A stretch of 64,000 bases of DNA from Sphyrna mokarran (GCA_024679065.1 JAGIQG010000020.1:20770001-20834000); one strand, 5' to 3'; positions 38,168 to 51,827 are shown, counted from the first letter of the stretch. Numbers and translations are program-made. Notes: a model not told the origin generated them from the sequence alone.

Positions 38168-38340
38168 AGCCTCACAACACCAGTTTAAAGTCCAACAGGT
38201 TTATTTGTAGCAAATGCCGCAAGCTTTCGGAACAGGCTGTCCCTTCGCCAGGTGGGTGGATGTTCTGATCACAAACAGGACACAAAGACCCAAACTCAAT
38301 TTGCTTGAATAATGATTGGAACCAACGCTGGTATTTCCAC
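38168..38340 (-). mobile_element. Penelope terminal repeat fragment
   Basis: Same family as 14560, 22301 and 23225. Confidence 0.7.
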
Positions 38341-38559
38341 ATCGTGACTCCCAGTACATGTGACAATAATAATAGGTCCATTCAAACCCTACAAAGAGGG
38401 ATTGGAGCTAACGTTTCAGTTTACTAGCAGCCCTGTTGAACTGAAAAAATAATCACAAGCTTGACGCAAACTTTGGACCGCTGGAAAGATGTGAATGGGT
38501 AGGAAAGCAGGAGGCTTTAAATGCCATTAATGGTGTAAGTTCATGGTACTTGATAATTT

Positions 38560-38767
38560 TATGATGTTACTCATAAAATGCAATGAGGTTATTGTGAAAA
38601 TCCCCTAGTCACCACACTTTGGCACCTGTTTGGGTACACTGAGGGAGAATTTAGCATAGCCAATGCACCTAACTAGCATATCTTTCAGGCAGTAGATGGA
38701 AATATACACAGAGACTCCACATACAGTGACTCAAGGTGGGAATCAAACCTGGGTCCCTGATGCTGAG
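38560..38767 (-). mobile_element. SINE interrupted by the full-length CR1 (head remainder at 44008-44045)
   Basis: GGGTCCCTGATGCTGAG at 38751-38767 continues as TGAGGCAGCAATG at 44008. Confidence 0.75.
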
Positions 38768-41700
38768 AATAAAGAACAAAACAGTATGGGAAACAGGCCC
38801 TTTGGCCTAATGAGCCCATGCCACCACCCTGATGTTCCCACCTCTACCCTGATCCCTGTTTGTAGATCTATGGATTTGAGAATTTATTTTACCAATTAGC
38901 CTAAGAGCACACTTTTGGGATGTGGGAGGAAACCAGAGCACCTGGAGAAAACCCACAAGCACAGGGAGAATGTGCAAACTCCCACAGACAGGCCTAAATC
39001 CATGTATCTGCTCAGCACAGCTATTGTCACTGGGCTGTCATGTTGCCTATCAAACGATCCAGGTCAAGCATACACCAACAACAAAGCACTAGGATGCTCA
39101 AAAAATCCAAGAGCAGCTCTCTCTCAACCCATTGCATGTATGCCCCTTGTTAGGCAACAAGGCAGACCAAAGCACTTGTAGGATAAAAACAAGTACATCA
39201 ATATCATCATCTATTTACACACTTCCCAGGGACTCCCAAGGCTCATGATCCCTATTTTAAATCAGTTTTCTATACCCCTCCATTCCCATTCTGTTCATGT
39301 GCCCATCTAAGTATCTCTTAAATAACTCCAGAGTACCTGCCTCCACCACTTGGCAGCACATTCTACCCCCACCACCCTCTGAAAAAAACTCCTTCTAGCA
39401 TCCAAATTATACCTTACCTCACCCTAACCCTGTGACCCCTTGTGCTATTAGAGTCCATCCTAGGAAAAAAGCTTAACCCTGTTTACTCCATCTGTACCCC
39501 TCAATGTTGTACACCTCTATTAGATCTCCTCCAAGTCTAATCTTTCTAAGGAAAAGAGTCCCAATTTGCCTAACCTCTCCTCATAACTCAGACCTTCCAT
39601 ACCAGGCAGCATCCTGGTAAACCTCCTCTGCACTCTTTCCAGGGTCTCCATGTCCTTCTGGTGGAAAGATGACCAGAACTGGATGCAGTATTCCAAATGA
39701 GATCTAACTAATGTTAGATAGAACTGCAACATTAAAAGGCAGCTCTTGTACTCTATCCCTTCCTATAAAGGGCTGGCATACTATGTTTTCTTCACAACCT
39801 TCTCCACTTGCTCTGCCACACCTTCAGAGACATGCACCTGCACCCTCAGGTCCCTCTGCATTTCTATACTCTGAATAGGTCTGCCCTTTATTATATACCT
39901 CCCCACTACATTCTCTCCTGAAATGCATCACCTTGCATTTATCAGGATTGAATTCCATCTGCCATCTATCTGCCCAAGCTACCAGCCTATGTCCTGCTGC
40001 ATCACATGTCAATGCTCCTCACTATCCACAAGTCCAGCCATCTTTGTATCGTCTGCAAACTTGCTAATCACTCCACTTACTCCCTGTTCAAGTCATTTAT
40101 ATATATTACAAATAGAAGAGGTCCCAGTACTGAGCCCTGTGATATTGAAGACTTGGTTAGGAAGAAAAGAGGCATATGATAGGTTGAAGCAGCTGGGAAC
40201 AGAGACAACATTGGAGGAATACAGAGTAGGAGGGAGCTCAAATGGGGAGTTAGAAGGACAAAAAGGAGGGCATGAAATGGTTTTGGTGGATAGGATTAAG
40301 GAAAATCCAAAGGCTTTTTACTCTGTTAGGAATAAAAGGGTGGTTAGAGGAAAAATCAGACCTCTTAGGGACAAAGGAGGGGAACTGTGCTTAGAGCCTG
40401 AAGGAATGGGGGAGATCCAATTACACAATCATGTTTGGACCAGACAAGTGTGGGCAGGACTATAAATTGCACTTCATCTTCAGACACAGGAATCCAGTTT
40501 CAGGTATATGAGGAGAAGCATGCCAGGGGAACTGCGCTTAGAGCCTGAGGGAATGGGGGAAGATACTTTCCTTCAGTATTCACAAAGGAGAGGGGCTTGT
40601 TGACTGCTCCTGTCTCTGATAGAGCTGTGGACCAGTTGAGGGAAATATCCATACTGAGGGAGGAAGTGTTAGAGCTTCTAGGTAGCATTAAAACTGATAA
40701 ATCTCCAGGGCCTGATAGCATTTATCCCAGGCTGCTTAGAGAGGTGTGAGGTGAAGATGCTGGGCCTCTGACACAATCTTTGTCTCTTTGGACATAGGTG
40801 AGGTCCCAGAGGACTAGAGAATAGCTGTTGTACCATTACACTAGTAATGACTAGTGACTGACCTCCAGCTAGAAAAACACCCTTCCACTATTTCTATCTC
40901 CTATTACTAAGCCAGTTACTTATCCATTTAGCCACCTGTCCTTGTATCCCATGAGCCTTGACCTTTTCAACCAACCTCCCATGAGGGACTTTGTCAAACA
41001 CCTTACTGAAATCCATATTGACGACATCAACAGCTCACCCTTTGAGGTCTGTTTTCATCACCACCTCAAAAAAATTCTACCAGATTTGTAAGGCATGACC
41101 TCCCCTTAAAGCCATGCTGCGTATCCCTAATCAGATCACAATGCTTTAAGTGCCTATACATCCTCTAAGAATCCCTCCAACAGCTTCCCTACCACTGACG
41201 TCAAACTCACTGGCCTATAATTTCCAGGGTTATCCCTACTACCCTTTTTAAAAAAAAATGGTACAACAGCTATTCTCCAGTCCTCTGGGACCTCACCTAT
41301 GTCCAAAGAGACAAAGATTGTGTCAGAGGCCCAGCATCTTCACCTCACACCTCTCTAAGCAGCCTGGGATAAATGCTATCAGGCCCTGGAGATTTATCAG
41401 TTTTAATGCTACCTAGAAGCTCTAACACTTCCTCCCTCAGTATGGATATTTCCCTCAACTGGTCCACAGCTCTATCAGAGACAGGAGCAGTCAACAAGCC
41501 CCTCTCCTTTGTGAATACTGAAGGAAAGTATCTCCCCCATTCCCTCAGGCTCTAAGCACAGTTCCCCTGGCATGCTTCTCCTCATATACCTGAAACTGGA
41601 TTCCTGTGTCTGAAGATGAAGTGCAATTTATAGTCCTGCCCACACTTGTCTGGTCCAAACATGATTGTGTAATTGGATCTCCCCCATTCCTTCAGGCTCT

Positions 41701-44007
41701 AAGCACAGTTCCCCTCCTTTGTCCCTAAGAGGTCTGATTTTTCCTCTAACCACCCTTTTATTCCTAACAGAGTAAAAAGCCTTTGGATTTTCCTTAATCC
41801 TATCCACCAAAACCATTTCATGCCCTCCTTTTCGTCCTTCTAACTCCCCATTTGAGCTCCCTCCTACTCTGTATTCCTCCAACGTTGTCTGTTCCCAGCT
41901 GCTTCAACCTATCATATGCCTCTTTTCTTCCTAACCAAGTCCTCAATATCCTTAGTAATCCATGGCTCTCTAATCCTACCTTTCCCATCTTTCCTCTTAG
42001 CCAGCATACATCTTTCTCACAACATTGTCAGTATTCCCTTGAAAGACTCCCACATGCCTAGCGTGGACCTTACCCTTAAGCAACCATTCCCAATCAGTTT
42101 CCATAAGTTCTGCCTAATCCGACCATAGTTAGCCTTCCCCCAATTCAGCACCCTGCCCCTAGGGCAACAAACATCCTTTTCCATCTAACCTAAAGTAGAC
42201 AGAATTGTGGTCACTGTTAGCCACATGTTCCCCTACTACAACATCAACCACCTGTCCTGGCTCATTACTCAATGAAATCCAATACAGCCCCCTCTAGTCA
42301 GGCTAGCCACATACTGCTCCAGCAATCCTCCTAGTACACATTTTACAAATTCCTTCCTGTCCAAACCCCCAGCTCTAGGTACCTTACAATCCACCCTAGG
42401 GAGATTGGAATCTTCCACTATAACTCTGTTCTTTCTGCACCTATCCAAAATATCTTTACATATGCCTTCAACTACCCATGGGCTGTTGGGTGGCCTATAA
42501 TACACACCTAGCATAGTAATCACCCCCTTCTTATTCCTCAACTCCACCCACAGCAACTCCTCTATTGTCCTCACTCTGCACCACTGATACTCTCCCTAAC
42601 TAATAACACCACTCCCCCACCTCTTCTGGACTGTCACACCCAAAACACTTATACCCACAAATATTCAACTGCCACTGCTCCCCTTCCTTTAACCACATCT
42701 CCAACACCATAACCACATCCAAGTTCCTTACAAACATTAAGACCCTAAGTTCATCCATTTTTCCTGTTACACTCATGTTGAAACAGACACTCCAGACCTC
42801 CAAGCCCACTCAGAACCTCCTTCTCCCTGGTGTATCTTCCATCTCGCTCTCTACTGAGCTATTGGTCTCAGCCCCTCCCCTCTCCATATTAGTTTAAATA
42901 CTGCCAAAACACTCCAGCTAACCTCCCAGCTAAGAAATTCACACCCTTCTCATTTAAGTGTTCCCTGTCCCTTCTATACAGGTGCCCTTCTTTCACAAAT
43001 ACTTCAGTTACCCACAAATATGAAACCCTCTGCCCTACACCAGTCCTTCAGCCACACATTGAACTGTAGGATCTCACCCCACTATTACCTGGCCCTGGCA
43101 GCAGCCCTGAGATCATCACCCTGGAGGCCTGCTCTTCAGCCTATCCCCCAACTCCCTGAACTGCCTTCATATATCCTCCCTGCTCTTCCTTCCTACATTC
43201 TTCTCTCCTATGTGAATAATCACATCCACCTGGGTCTCCTCACCCTTCAAAATGCCCTCTATCCTGTCAGGGGCATCTTGCACCCCTGCTCCAGGGAGGC
43301 AAACTACCATCCTGGAGTCCCACCTTAGATCACAGAAGCACCTATCCATTCCTTTAACCCTCCCATCCCCCACCACTATCTCTCTTCTTAGCCCCCTTCA
43401 AAGGTACTCTGGTCCTCCTGCCTTACCTTTTTTACCCCTCCACCCTTGATATTTTGGGGGACTGCCACTGGGGAAGTCTTTGGACTGTTTCCCCTCTCCT
43501 TTTTCCCCCCTTCCTTACAGTAATCCACCTGTAAGGGTCAGGTTCCCCATCCTTAGGCTCTAGGTCCACCACCTTACTCTGCCTCCCTTCCATTATTGCC
43601 TCATTCTCCCTGACTAAAAATTGCATCTTCCAATCACCACTCTAGTTGCTTGACCCAAACCCTCAGACACTGCAGCTCCAAACACTTGATACATACATGG
43701 ACTTTCAGGAGACATCTCACCTCCAGGAACTCCCACATATGACACCATGCACAGGTGAGGCATCATCCCATAATCTTTGCCATTGTCCTGAATACCTTTG
43801 CAATCCCAAGCCCCTCTCACTCTGTTTCCCTACTCACTCCACTGTCTACTTCCACTTTCTTTTTATACTCCCCGGTTCCCTTCCCAGCTACCCCCACGCC
43901 TAACTACGGCAACAAAACGCAATCAAAAACACAGGGGGGAAAAAAAGCAAGTTGAAAAATTCGCACTCAGTCACCAGCACTTCCAAACACTCTGTCCCAG
44001 AGAACAA
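38768..44007 (-). mobile_element. Apparently full-length but degenerate CR1 LINE (ORF1 esterase, ORF2 APE endonuclease plus RT), antisense in DDX54 intron 1
   Basis: ORF1 RMVVCLPGA...IIHIG (43167-43376); endonuclease LWVELRNKKG...GVYYRPPNS (42269-42574); RT and C-terminus 39300-41260; TGAG on both flanks. Confidence 0.9.
40141..41950. repeat. Near-perfect inverted repeat, arms 40141-40837 and 41257-41950, spacer ~420 bp
   Basis: Near-identical peptides on opposite strands in the ORF track (40500-40721 minus vs 41373-41555 plus); direct reverse-complement comparison. Confidence 0.95.
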
Positions 44008-44740
44008 TGAGGCAGCAATGTGAACCATTGTGCTACTGTGTCATCCTATCTGGTGAATGTAAATATTTTATCTTATTTCTTTAGGATTTTTGAAAAGGGC
44101 TGAGTGGCTCTGATCTTTCTCATCTCTCTTCTGTGACAGCTAACTAACAGTGTAAGATTTTTGTTCAAAAAGTTGCCATGCATTCAATAAATGTAGTGTA
44201 TGAAACAGACAATTCACCCCTACTAATCTATAGTAATATTCTTGCTTTACATAAGCTTCCTCTCACCCTACTTCATCTGAAGCAATCAACATATCCTATT
44301 TTTCTTTTCATGAGTTTACCTGGATCCCATTTAAATGCATTGATCGTATATGAAACATTCTTTAAAACTATTAACCAAAGTCTTAAGAGTAGTTAGTTTT
44401 GTATATTGAGTCAATGATTGTTCATCCTTGCTGATGTACTGATGCTTGATACGAATCACTGTGAATTTATATTTAATGCTGAGATTACCTCTGTAAATCT
44501 AGCCATGCAGACTGTGATGCCTTAATCCAAAACTCATCTTACGTAGTACTTGAGATATTTTTCATTATCCTATAGAAAAAACAGAAGCAACAACATTCAG
44601 TTGTGAAGATTTGCATTAAGAAGTTTGTTTTTAGTTTGAATGTACACTAGAAAATGATTTGATCAAATCTAATTAATTGTAAATGAAGTTATTTCAGAGG
44701 TAACTTAAATGTAATTATCCATGTTTAATTACTTTCACAG

Positions 44741-44867
44741 TGCAGCACCAGACATTTGCCAAGCTTTCCTTCAGCCGATTGTCCATCAGATGTGGAACCA
44801 GATACCCGTGAGATGGTCCGACAACAGAATAAGAAGAAGAAGAAGTCAGGGGGCTTTCAGTCAATGG
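44741..44867 (+). CDS. DDX54: DDX54 exon 2
   Basis: cacag|[43 protein letters not shown]|gtacac. Confidence 0.9.
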
Positions 44868-45209
44868 GTACACCAACAGCTTCTGATACTTGAATTACTT
44901 TTCTGATCAGTTGAGCCACTATAGTTCCAGCAAGTTAATTTATGTAGTCTTTGACACACCAGTTATGACCTAAGTAGTTTGTTTTTCCATTTAGTTGACA
45001 TAATCCTGATATTCATTTTCTTGAAACATAATCTAGATACTGTAGTGCGCTGCTCTCAATTCATCTAGAGCTGTGCTCTATGGCATTTGTTAAGAGTCTT
45101 GCAGATGTTTCATATTCGGCTTCATCTCAGTGTTCAACAACCTAAATATACCATCAGCAAGGGCTCAAAATAGTATTTCTCCCAACAGAAGCAGTTTCTT
45201 TATTTCAAG

Positions 45210-46440
45210 CGGTTGCAACAAAGAACAGCACAGAATCAGGCCCTTTGGCACACCACGTCTATGCCGACACAGATGCCTCCCTAATCTAATATTTTCCTGC
45301 TTCTATATGGTCCATATGTCTCTATTCACTGCCTTTTCATGTGTGTATCCAGATGCTTCTTGAACTTTGTTATGAAATCTGCTTCCACTACCGTCACCAG
45401 CAGCGCTTTCCAAGCATTTGCCACTCTCTGTGCAAATGAAAAACTTGCCCTTGCATCTCTTTTAAAATTTCTCCCTTTCACTTTCAACTAACCTGGCGGC
45501 ACTGTGGTACAGTGGTTACCACTGCTGCCTCGCAGTGTCAGGGATCTGGGTTTGATTCCCAGCTTGTGTCACTGTGTGGCATTTGCATGTTCTTCCCACG
45601 TCTGGGGTTTCCTCCAAGTGCTGTGGTTTTTTTACACACCCCAAAGATGTGTGCATTGGGAGAGTTGGCCATGCCGAATTGTGCCTTATTGTCAGAGGAC
45701 TAACTGTGATATATGTGTGGGGTTAGGCGGATAAGGCCTGAGTGGGACTGTGATCATGATAGGCCAAATCATCATCATCTACACTATAAGATTCTATTCT
45801 ATTCTATGCCCTTGAGTAATTGAACCTTCGATATAGAGATAAAAACTATTACTATCCACTCTATCCAAACCTGTCATAATATTGCAAAACCTCTATCAGG
45901 TCCCCTCATCCTCTGACGCTACAGTGAAAACAATCCAAATTTGTTCAACCTTTCTTTGTATAGTGCATATCCTCCAAACAAGGTAACATCCTGGTAAATC
46001 TCTTCTGCACTCTTTCCAATGCTTCAATGTCTGTCTTGTACAATTGTAATAGAATTTTCCAATTTCTATACTTAACACTTTGACTGATGAATGCCAGCAT
46101 ACTATAAGCCTTCTTGACCATCTTGTCCATTTGAATTTCCACCATCAGGGAACAGTGGATCTGCACACCTAGATGCCTCTGCATGTTAATATTTCTAAGA
46201 GCTCTACCATTTATTATATACTTTCCTTCTGCAGTAGACTTCCAAATCGCATCACCTCACATTTATCTGGATTAAATTCCATCTGCCATCTTTTGTCCCA
46301 GATCTCCAGCCGATTTATATCTTCTGACATTCCTTCTCACTATCAGTTTCTCCCCAGATTTTTGTATCAGATGCAAATTTACTAATCAGACACCTACATT
46401 TTCTTCCAAAGGTGCCCCAACACTGATCCTTGTGGAATCC
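45210..46440 (-). mobile_element. CR1 3' fragment with nested plus-strand SINE (45490-45810)
   Basis: ORF 45945-46184 ALERVQKRFTRML; CR1 tail near 45220. Confidence 0.8.
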
Positions 46441-47737
46441 CATATGATTTATTTTAAATTCTGATAAGTATTCTATCTTCCCGTTTTCATACACAGATGT
46501 ACCATCATCTAGTTTAAAACCAGATGCAACTGATGAAACAGATTTAAATTAAGAACAAAAATTGAACTATTGTTTATTGTCCTGTTGCAAGCCTTAGTCA
46601 AGAGGAAACATTTAAATGAAAAACAGGGTAGAGATTATTTTGGTTAAGGTGTGCACATATAATTCAATTTATGTTTCAAAGTCGCACATTCTTCAAGTTG
46701 TGCTTCAAGTCGCACATGCTTCAAGTTGTCACAATTTTTGCTATTTAACAAAGTCAGAGAAATTTGGAACATAAGAGTTTCTGCTTCTCAGAGAGCTGTG
46801 AGTCTCTAGAACCCTCTTAAAAGGCAGTGAAATCACAACCTTTGAATATTTTTAAAGCAAAGCTAGATAGATTCTTGATTAACAAGGGGGTGGAAGATTA
46901 TCAGGGTTGGCCAGAATGTGGTTTGAAGTTACAATTAAATCAGCCATGATCTTATTGAATGGCGGAACAGGCTCGACAGGCGGGGTGGCCCATTCCTCGT
47001 ATGCTTATAGAAACAAAGAAATATAGAAAAGTACAGCACAGTACAGGCCCTTCGGCCCTCAAATGTTGTACTGAGCTATGTCCAAACCCAAGATCAAGCT
47101 ATCCCACTCTCTATCATTTTGGTAATAAACTGAACATTATAGAAATGTATGGTTGAGGTGCTACAGACCAATAAATATGTAGTTACAAAGCAATTTTAAT
47201 TTGACTGTAAATATAAATATCTATGCAAATACGTAACAAGACCATATTTTCTGGACAAAAGCTGTATTACATAGCTAAAAATTTGAATATATAAATGTGA
47301 CAGGAAGACTTGTTTAGTTTTTTATAAATAAATTGTTTTGCATATCTGTTTGCTTTTTACTGTATTGCCCAGAGTTCTCCCAAAAATATTCTAAGTGCCA
47401 AATTTGCATTTAAAAAAAACTGGAGTAACTCCTGCTGGTTTTTTTTTCCGTCCCGGGCCAGTTAATCAGATTCAAATGAAGATTTAAATATTTTAATCAG
47501 CTCCGCATCAATTTTCAGCATAGAGCTGACGCTGCCGGCAATCTGGAGCCCGAAGACCATGGCGTCCAGCAAGAGTCCTGCTAAGTAGCCTCTGCTTATG
47601 TCTCCCAACCTGCTGTGCTGCTTTAGCTGGGGAAATTGTCCCCAATTATTTTATTTTGATGCCTTACATGTTCTTGTCTGGTTTGCTGGCTAGCTTCATG
47701 CTGTTATATTAATGCAGTCACTTTATTTTTTCCACAG

Positions 47738-47808
47738 GTTTAAGTTTTCCTGTTTTTAAAGGCATAATGAAGAAAGGATACAAAATACCAACACCAATTC
47801 AGAGAAAG
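47738..47808 (+). CDS. DDX54: DDX54 exon 3 (Q motif)
   Basis: [23 protein letters not shown] with canonical splice sites. Confidence 0.92.
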
Positions 47809-49074
47809 GTAACTCGTCATGGTGCTAATATTAAAGCAAATCATTGACACAACAATTTTTGTTATAAATTTGCACATGTAGAGGAAACATCATGGGTGAA
47901 AATCATTGTTTATTTATACTGTGCTAAAGACACCAATTTGTGATATTCATTCACAATCAAAATAAAAGATTACCATTAAAAATTACAAGATAAAAATTCT
48001 ATATACGATGGTTCTTCATCAACAAAGAAAATATGATACGTTCTTCATGAAAAGGTATTCTCAAATAAAAGGAAATTTTTAAAATATAAGGAAGGGAGCA
48101 TTAGTTTAACACTAATGTTGCTAGACTTAGTATTCCAGAGATGTGGACTAATGCTTTGTGGAACTGTGGTTAAATTCTACTACAAATTTATTTGGAATAA
48201 AAATGCTGTTCTCATTATCAGTGATCATAAAACTATCAAATTGTGAAAACTCATTGGTTTTACTTTTGTTCTTCAGCTACAGTTTTATGTAGCTCAGCCT
48301 GACCTACATGTGACTCCAACAATGCCATTGACTCTTAAACACTCTATGAAATAGCCTAATTAATTACAATGAAACTGTTACAGAAGAGCCAAATATTGGT
48401 TGTAATTACACCACGTGAACTACAGTGTTCAAGGGGGCAGTTCAGCTCCACATTCTCAATGGCAGTTAGGGATAGGCGATTAAAAACTGACCTCCTCAGC
48501 TATGTTCACACCCATAGAATGGATGAAAAAATTATATATAATTAACATTTTCATTTGATTGTGTTTTCATTTTTTCAAACTTTAAAATCCATGTCAACTT
48601 GCCAGGTTTATATTTGTAATTGTAACCTCTGTGTCTTAGTTTAATCTCAACTGTCAATCAGGTTAAAATGATTATAAATTGTTCTCACTTTGCATGCTGC
48701 TTTTCCTCAGCAGAGAAAGCAAGCAATTCTTCTATCAGATCTCCGCTGATCTTGAGCTGTCTATAAATGCATGTGAAAGAGCAGGATTGACTAACTCTCC
48801 AAATAATTTCAGTATATTTTGAGTAAGTTTGGTAGGGAATACTTTCCAAACAGCATCTTCACTGTTAGCTCTGTTGTGATTAGCAGCTCAGTTTGTGTAC
48901 AGGGGAATAACTATCAAGTTTGAGAAAGGGAAGCAACTTGATTTTGACCAGAGAATTTTCAAAAGGTAGATGATTTTCTATATTTTGGAAAATGAATTAC
49001 CACAGTTTGAAAGTTTACCTTGAGGAATTATTTCACTTGCATATTTCTGTGATAAATTTCTGTTTTTGGTTTAG

Positions 49075-49263
49075 ACTATCCCGGTGATACTGGATGGCAA
49101 GGATGTTGTTGCTATGGCTAGGACAGGTAGTGGTAAGACGGCGGCATTTCTTATTCCGTTGTTTGAACGGCTGAAGGCCCCCAATGCTCAGTCAGGAGCA
49201 AGAGCTTTAATCCTGACTCCAACTAGAGAATTGGCATTACAGACCATGAAGTTCACAAAAGAG
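49075..49263 (+). CDS. DDX54: DDX54 exon 4 (motifs I, Ia)
   Basis: [22 protein letters not shown]...[15 protein letters not shown]. Confidence 0.95.
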
Positions 49264-49959
49264 GTAAAATACCTTCTTCTGACTTTATGTATTCAATAAA
49301 TATGTGATTAAATTAGCAAGCATGGAGTCTAACAGTTACTTGGTTCCTACACAATTTGTTGCATTCGTATTGCTACAGTAGAGGCTTAAAGTATTTTTTC
49401 AGTACCATTTTGAAATTTGTACCATTCCAAGAAAATCTAAACTATTAAAAACAAACTGCATTATTGAGCAATCGCATAAAGTGATGGGTAAAATTTGAAC
49501 AGATTAGGACAGTTGTGGTATATCTTCATGTCTGACTGGGTGTTCTCAGTCTTGATTTTTCATGCTAGGCAAGCTAACAAGAAGATAAATATCAGGAGCA
49601 GATGATAGCTTCAAATAACTCAAAATATTAGCATCTCAAAATTGTCCATCGCACAAAAAAGAAAATATTTGTATTTATAGAGCTTTTTGTAACCATCAAA
49701 TATCTCAATTTTTTTCCATTCAATTAAGTATATTTTTACTACAACCAATTTGCAATGTAGGAAACCTGATTTATCAAGCAAAGAAAAATCTTTTTATTTG
49801 TGTAGCATCTTGCCATAATTCTTAAAAACATTCAAAATAGCTTCATAAACAGTAAATTACATGCTTTAATTTAAAATCATCATTTTGTATATTATAAAAT
49901 AAATATTATAAAATAAAATGTAACTGGACAAAACTTAGTTAGAGTTAACTTTAAAGTTA

Positions 49960-50220
49960 TTAGTTACAAATAAGGCCTACATCAATACTTCAATGAAGTT
50001 ACTGTGAAATTCCCCTAGTTACCACAGTCCAGTGCCTGTTCAGGTCAATGAACCTAACCAGTGTATGTTTCAGAATGTGGGAGGAAACTGGAGCACCCTG
50101 GGGAAACATGTGCAAACAAAGGGAGAACGTGCAAACCTCACACAGACAGTGACCCAAGCTGGGAATTGGGTCCCTGGCACTATGAAGCAGCAGTGCTAAC
50201 CACTGCCACTGTACTGCTAT
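49960..50220 (-). mobile_element. tRNA-derived SINE
   Basis: Family core and head. Confidence 0.8.
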
Positions 50221-50633
50221 GGAATGTGCCTTTGGTGATACCTTACTCCAGTACAGTCTTCCTTGATATATAATGTGTGTAGTTATTTCTTTACTGCTGA
50301 TTGGAACTAATAAACCCAAAGAATGAGCATAGTTTTTTCATCTGCATATGTTTGTGCATTAATTCCACTTAATAGGATATTTTATTTTATAAACTAAAAG
50401 AAAAGATTATATTAGTTGTATAAATAAAGCACGATATTGTCCAGAGTAAGAATTGTGGTCTGGAGTTTTCTATTACATATTTCAGATTTTATTTTGGAAT
50501 ATTTATTTAATGCAAGTTATAGAGCCTTGACAAATGCTTCATGCTCGTGTTGAATAAATATACTGTTCATTATCAAAATATAAACAAAAACTTTACTGTG
50601 CACAATTTTCTGATCTGTTATCTTTATTTGCAG

Positions 50634-50683
50634 CTTGGAAAGTTTGCTGGCTACAAAACAGCTTTAATCTTGGGCGGAGACAA
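50634..50683 (+). CDS. DDX54: DDX54 exon 5
   Basis: LGKFAGYKTALILGGD(K), ag/gt boundaries. Confidence 0.9.
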
Positions 50684-50783
50684 GTGGGTATCTTTTTGGA
50701 TGGTAATCTGTACTTTTGATAATGTAATTTACTTGAGCCAAGCAAAACCAAGAATATAATGTGTGTCATACTTTTCTTTTTAG

Positions 50784-50825
50784 AATGGAGGATCAGTTTG
50801 AAGCACTTCATGAAAATCCTGATAT
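50784..50825 (+). CDS. DDX54: DDX54 exon 6
   Basis: MEDQFEALHENPDI, ag/gtaag boundaries. Confidence 0.9.
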
Positions 50826-51827
50826 GTAAGTTAACTTTTTCTTGTTGTGTTATTTGATGATGACTAACCACTTGCAATGATCCCTACAATTAGTTTTATT
50901 AATTTCTTCAAGTGCAGTGCCAAATGTGTCTTGTGAAAGAACAAGGCTTTGGTTTGTGTATTATTAAGATCCGCGACTACCTGAAATTCGTTTTATAAAA
51001 CAAACTTCATTTGGGCATGCTAATGAAATTGGGCTTTTTGTGGTATTTGGGGACAGCATAATATGATTCAATGTTGGAGCATAAGTGTTGAAAACTTTGC
51101 ACTAAAGGATGAGCATGAGCCCAAATCATGCATTCCGCTCTTGAATTTTAGTTGAGAAGTTTTTATTTATACATGGAGGAAATTCATGCATGCTAGTCTC
51201 TCTTGATGGATGACTCTAGAGAGCATTAGGTCATGCCAGTTTTAGCAATGAAAAATGATTTGGTCAAGACAGGCTGAAATTTAGGAGTAATTTACAAATA
51301 AGCAATTTTATAAAAAATAAACCTTGAATTGGATAGCACAAACAATTTCTTTCTGCTCTGTGCTTCAAGGCTTTTAAATAATTTCTCTCAATAGGGCGGT
51401 AAATACGAGTCACAAAACAAGATCCTCCCCCTTCCCACTGCAAGTTGATTTCCAGCTAAGCGCAGGTGTCCTGAACCCTGGCAGCAGGCAGGAAACATAG
51501 TTTTCCGGGTTCTTGCTGCTGCTGCTGCTGCTAATGAGCTTTACCACTGCTAGTACCTTATTATAGAGCTAATAAAACCTTACTAACAAATTATGAGCAT
51601 CAGAGATTCTTATTATTCCAATTGGTGTTATACTTAATCCATCTGAATTCCTTAATTTAGGTAAGAGAAAATTGACTGTCAGCTGAGCAGTTCAGTCATT
51701 TAAGTATTCAGGCAATTATCAGTGAACGCAAGATATGTGACATTGAATTAACGAGTGTCTTAAATATTTACACACCGGGAATGATTTTATGTAGATTTAA
51801 AACCTGCAGAGTTTGTTCATTTTACAG

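Noticed and set aside
46673-46730. ~27 bp tandem duplication
   Set aside because: Two copies only, ordinary slippage; not an array.
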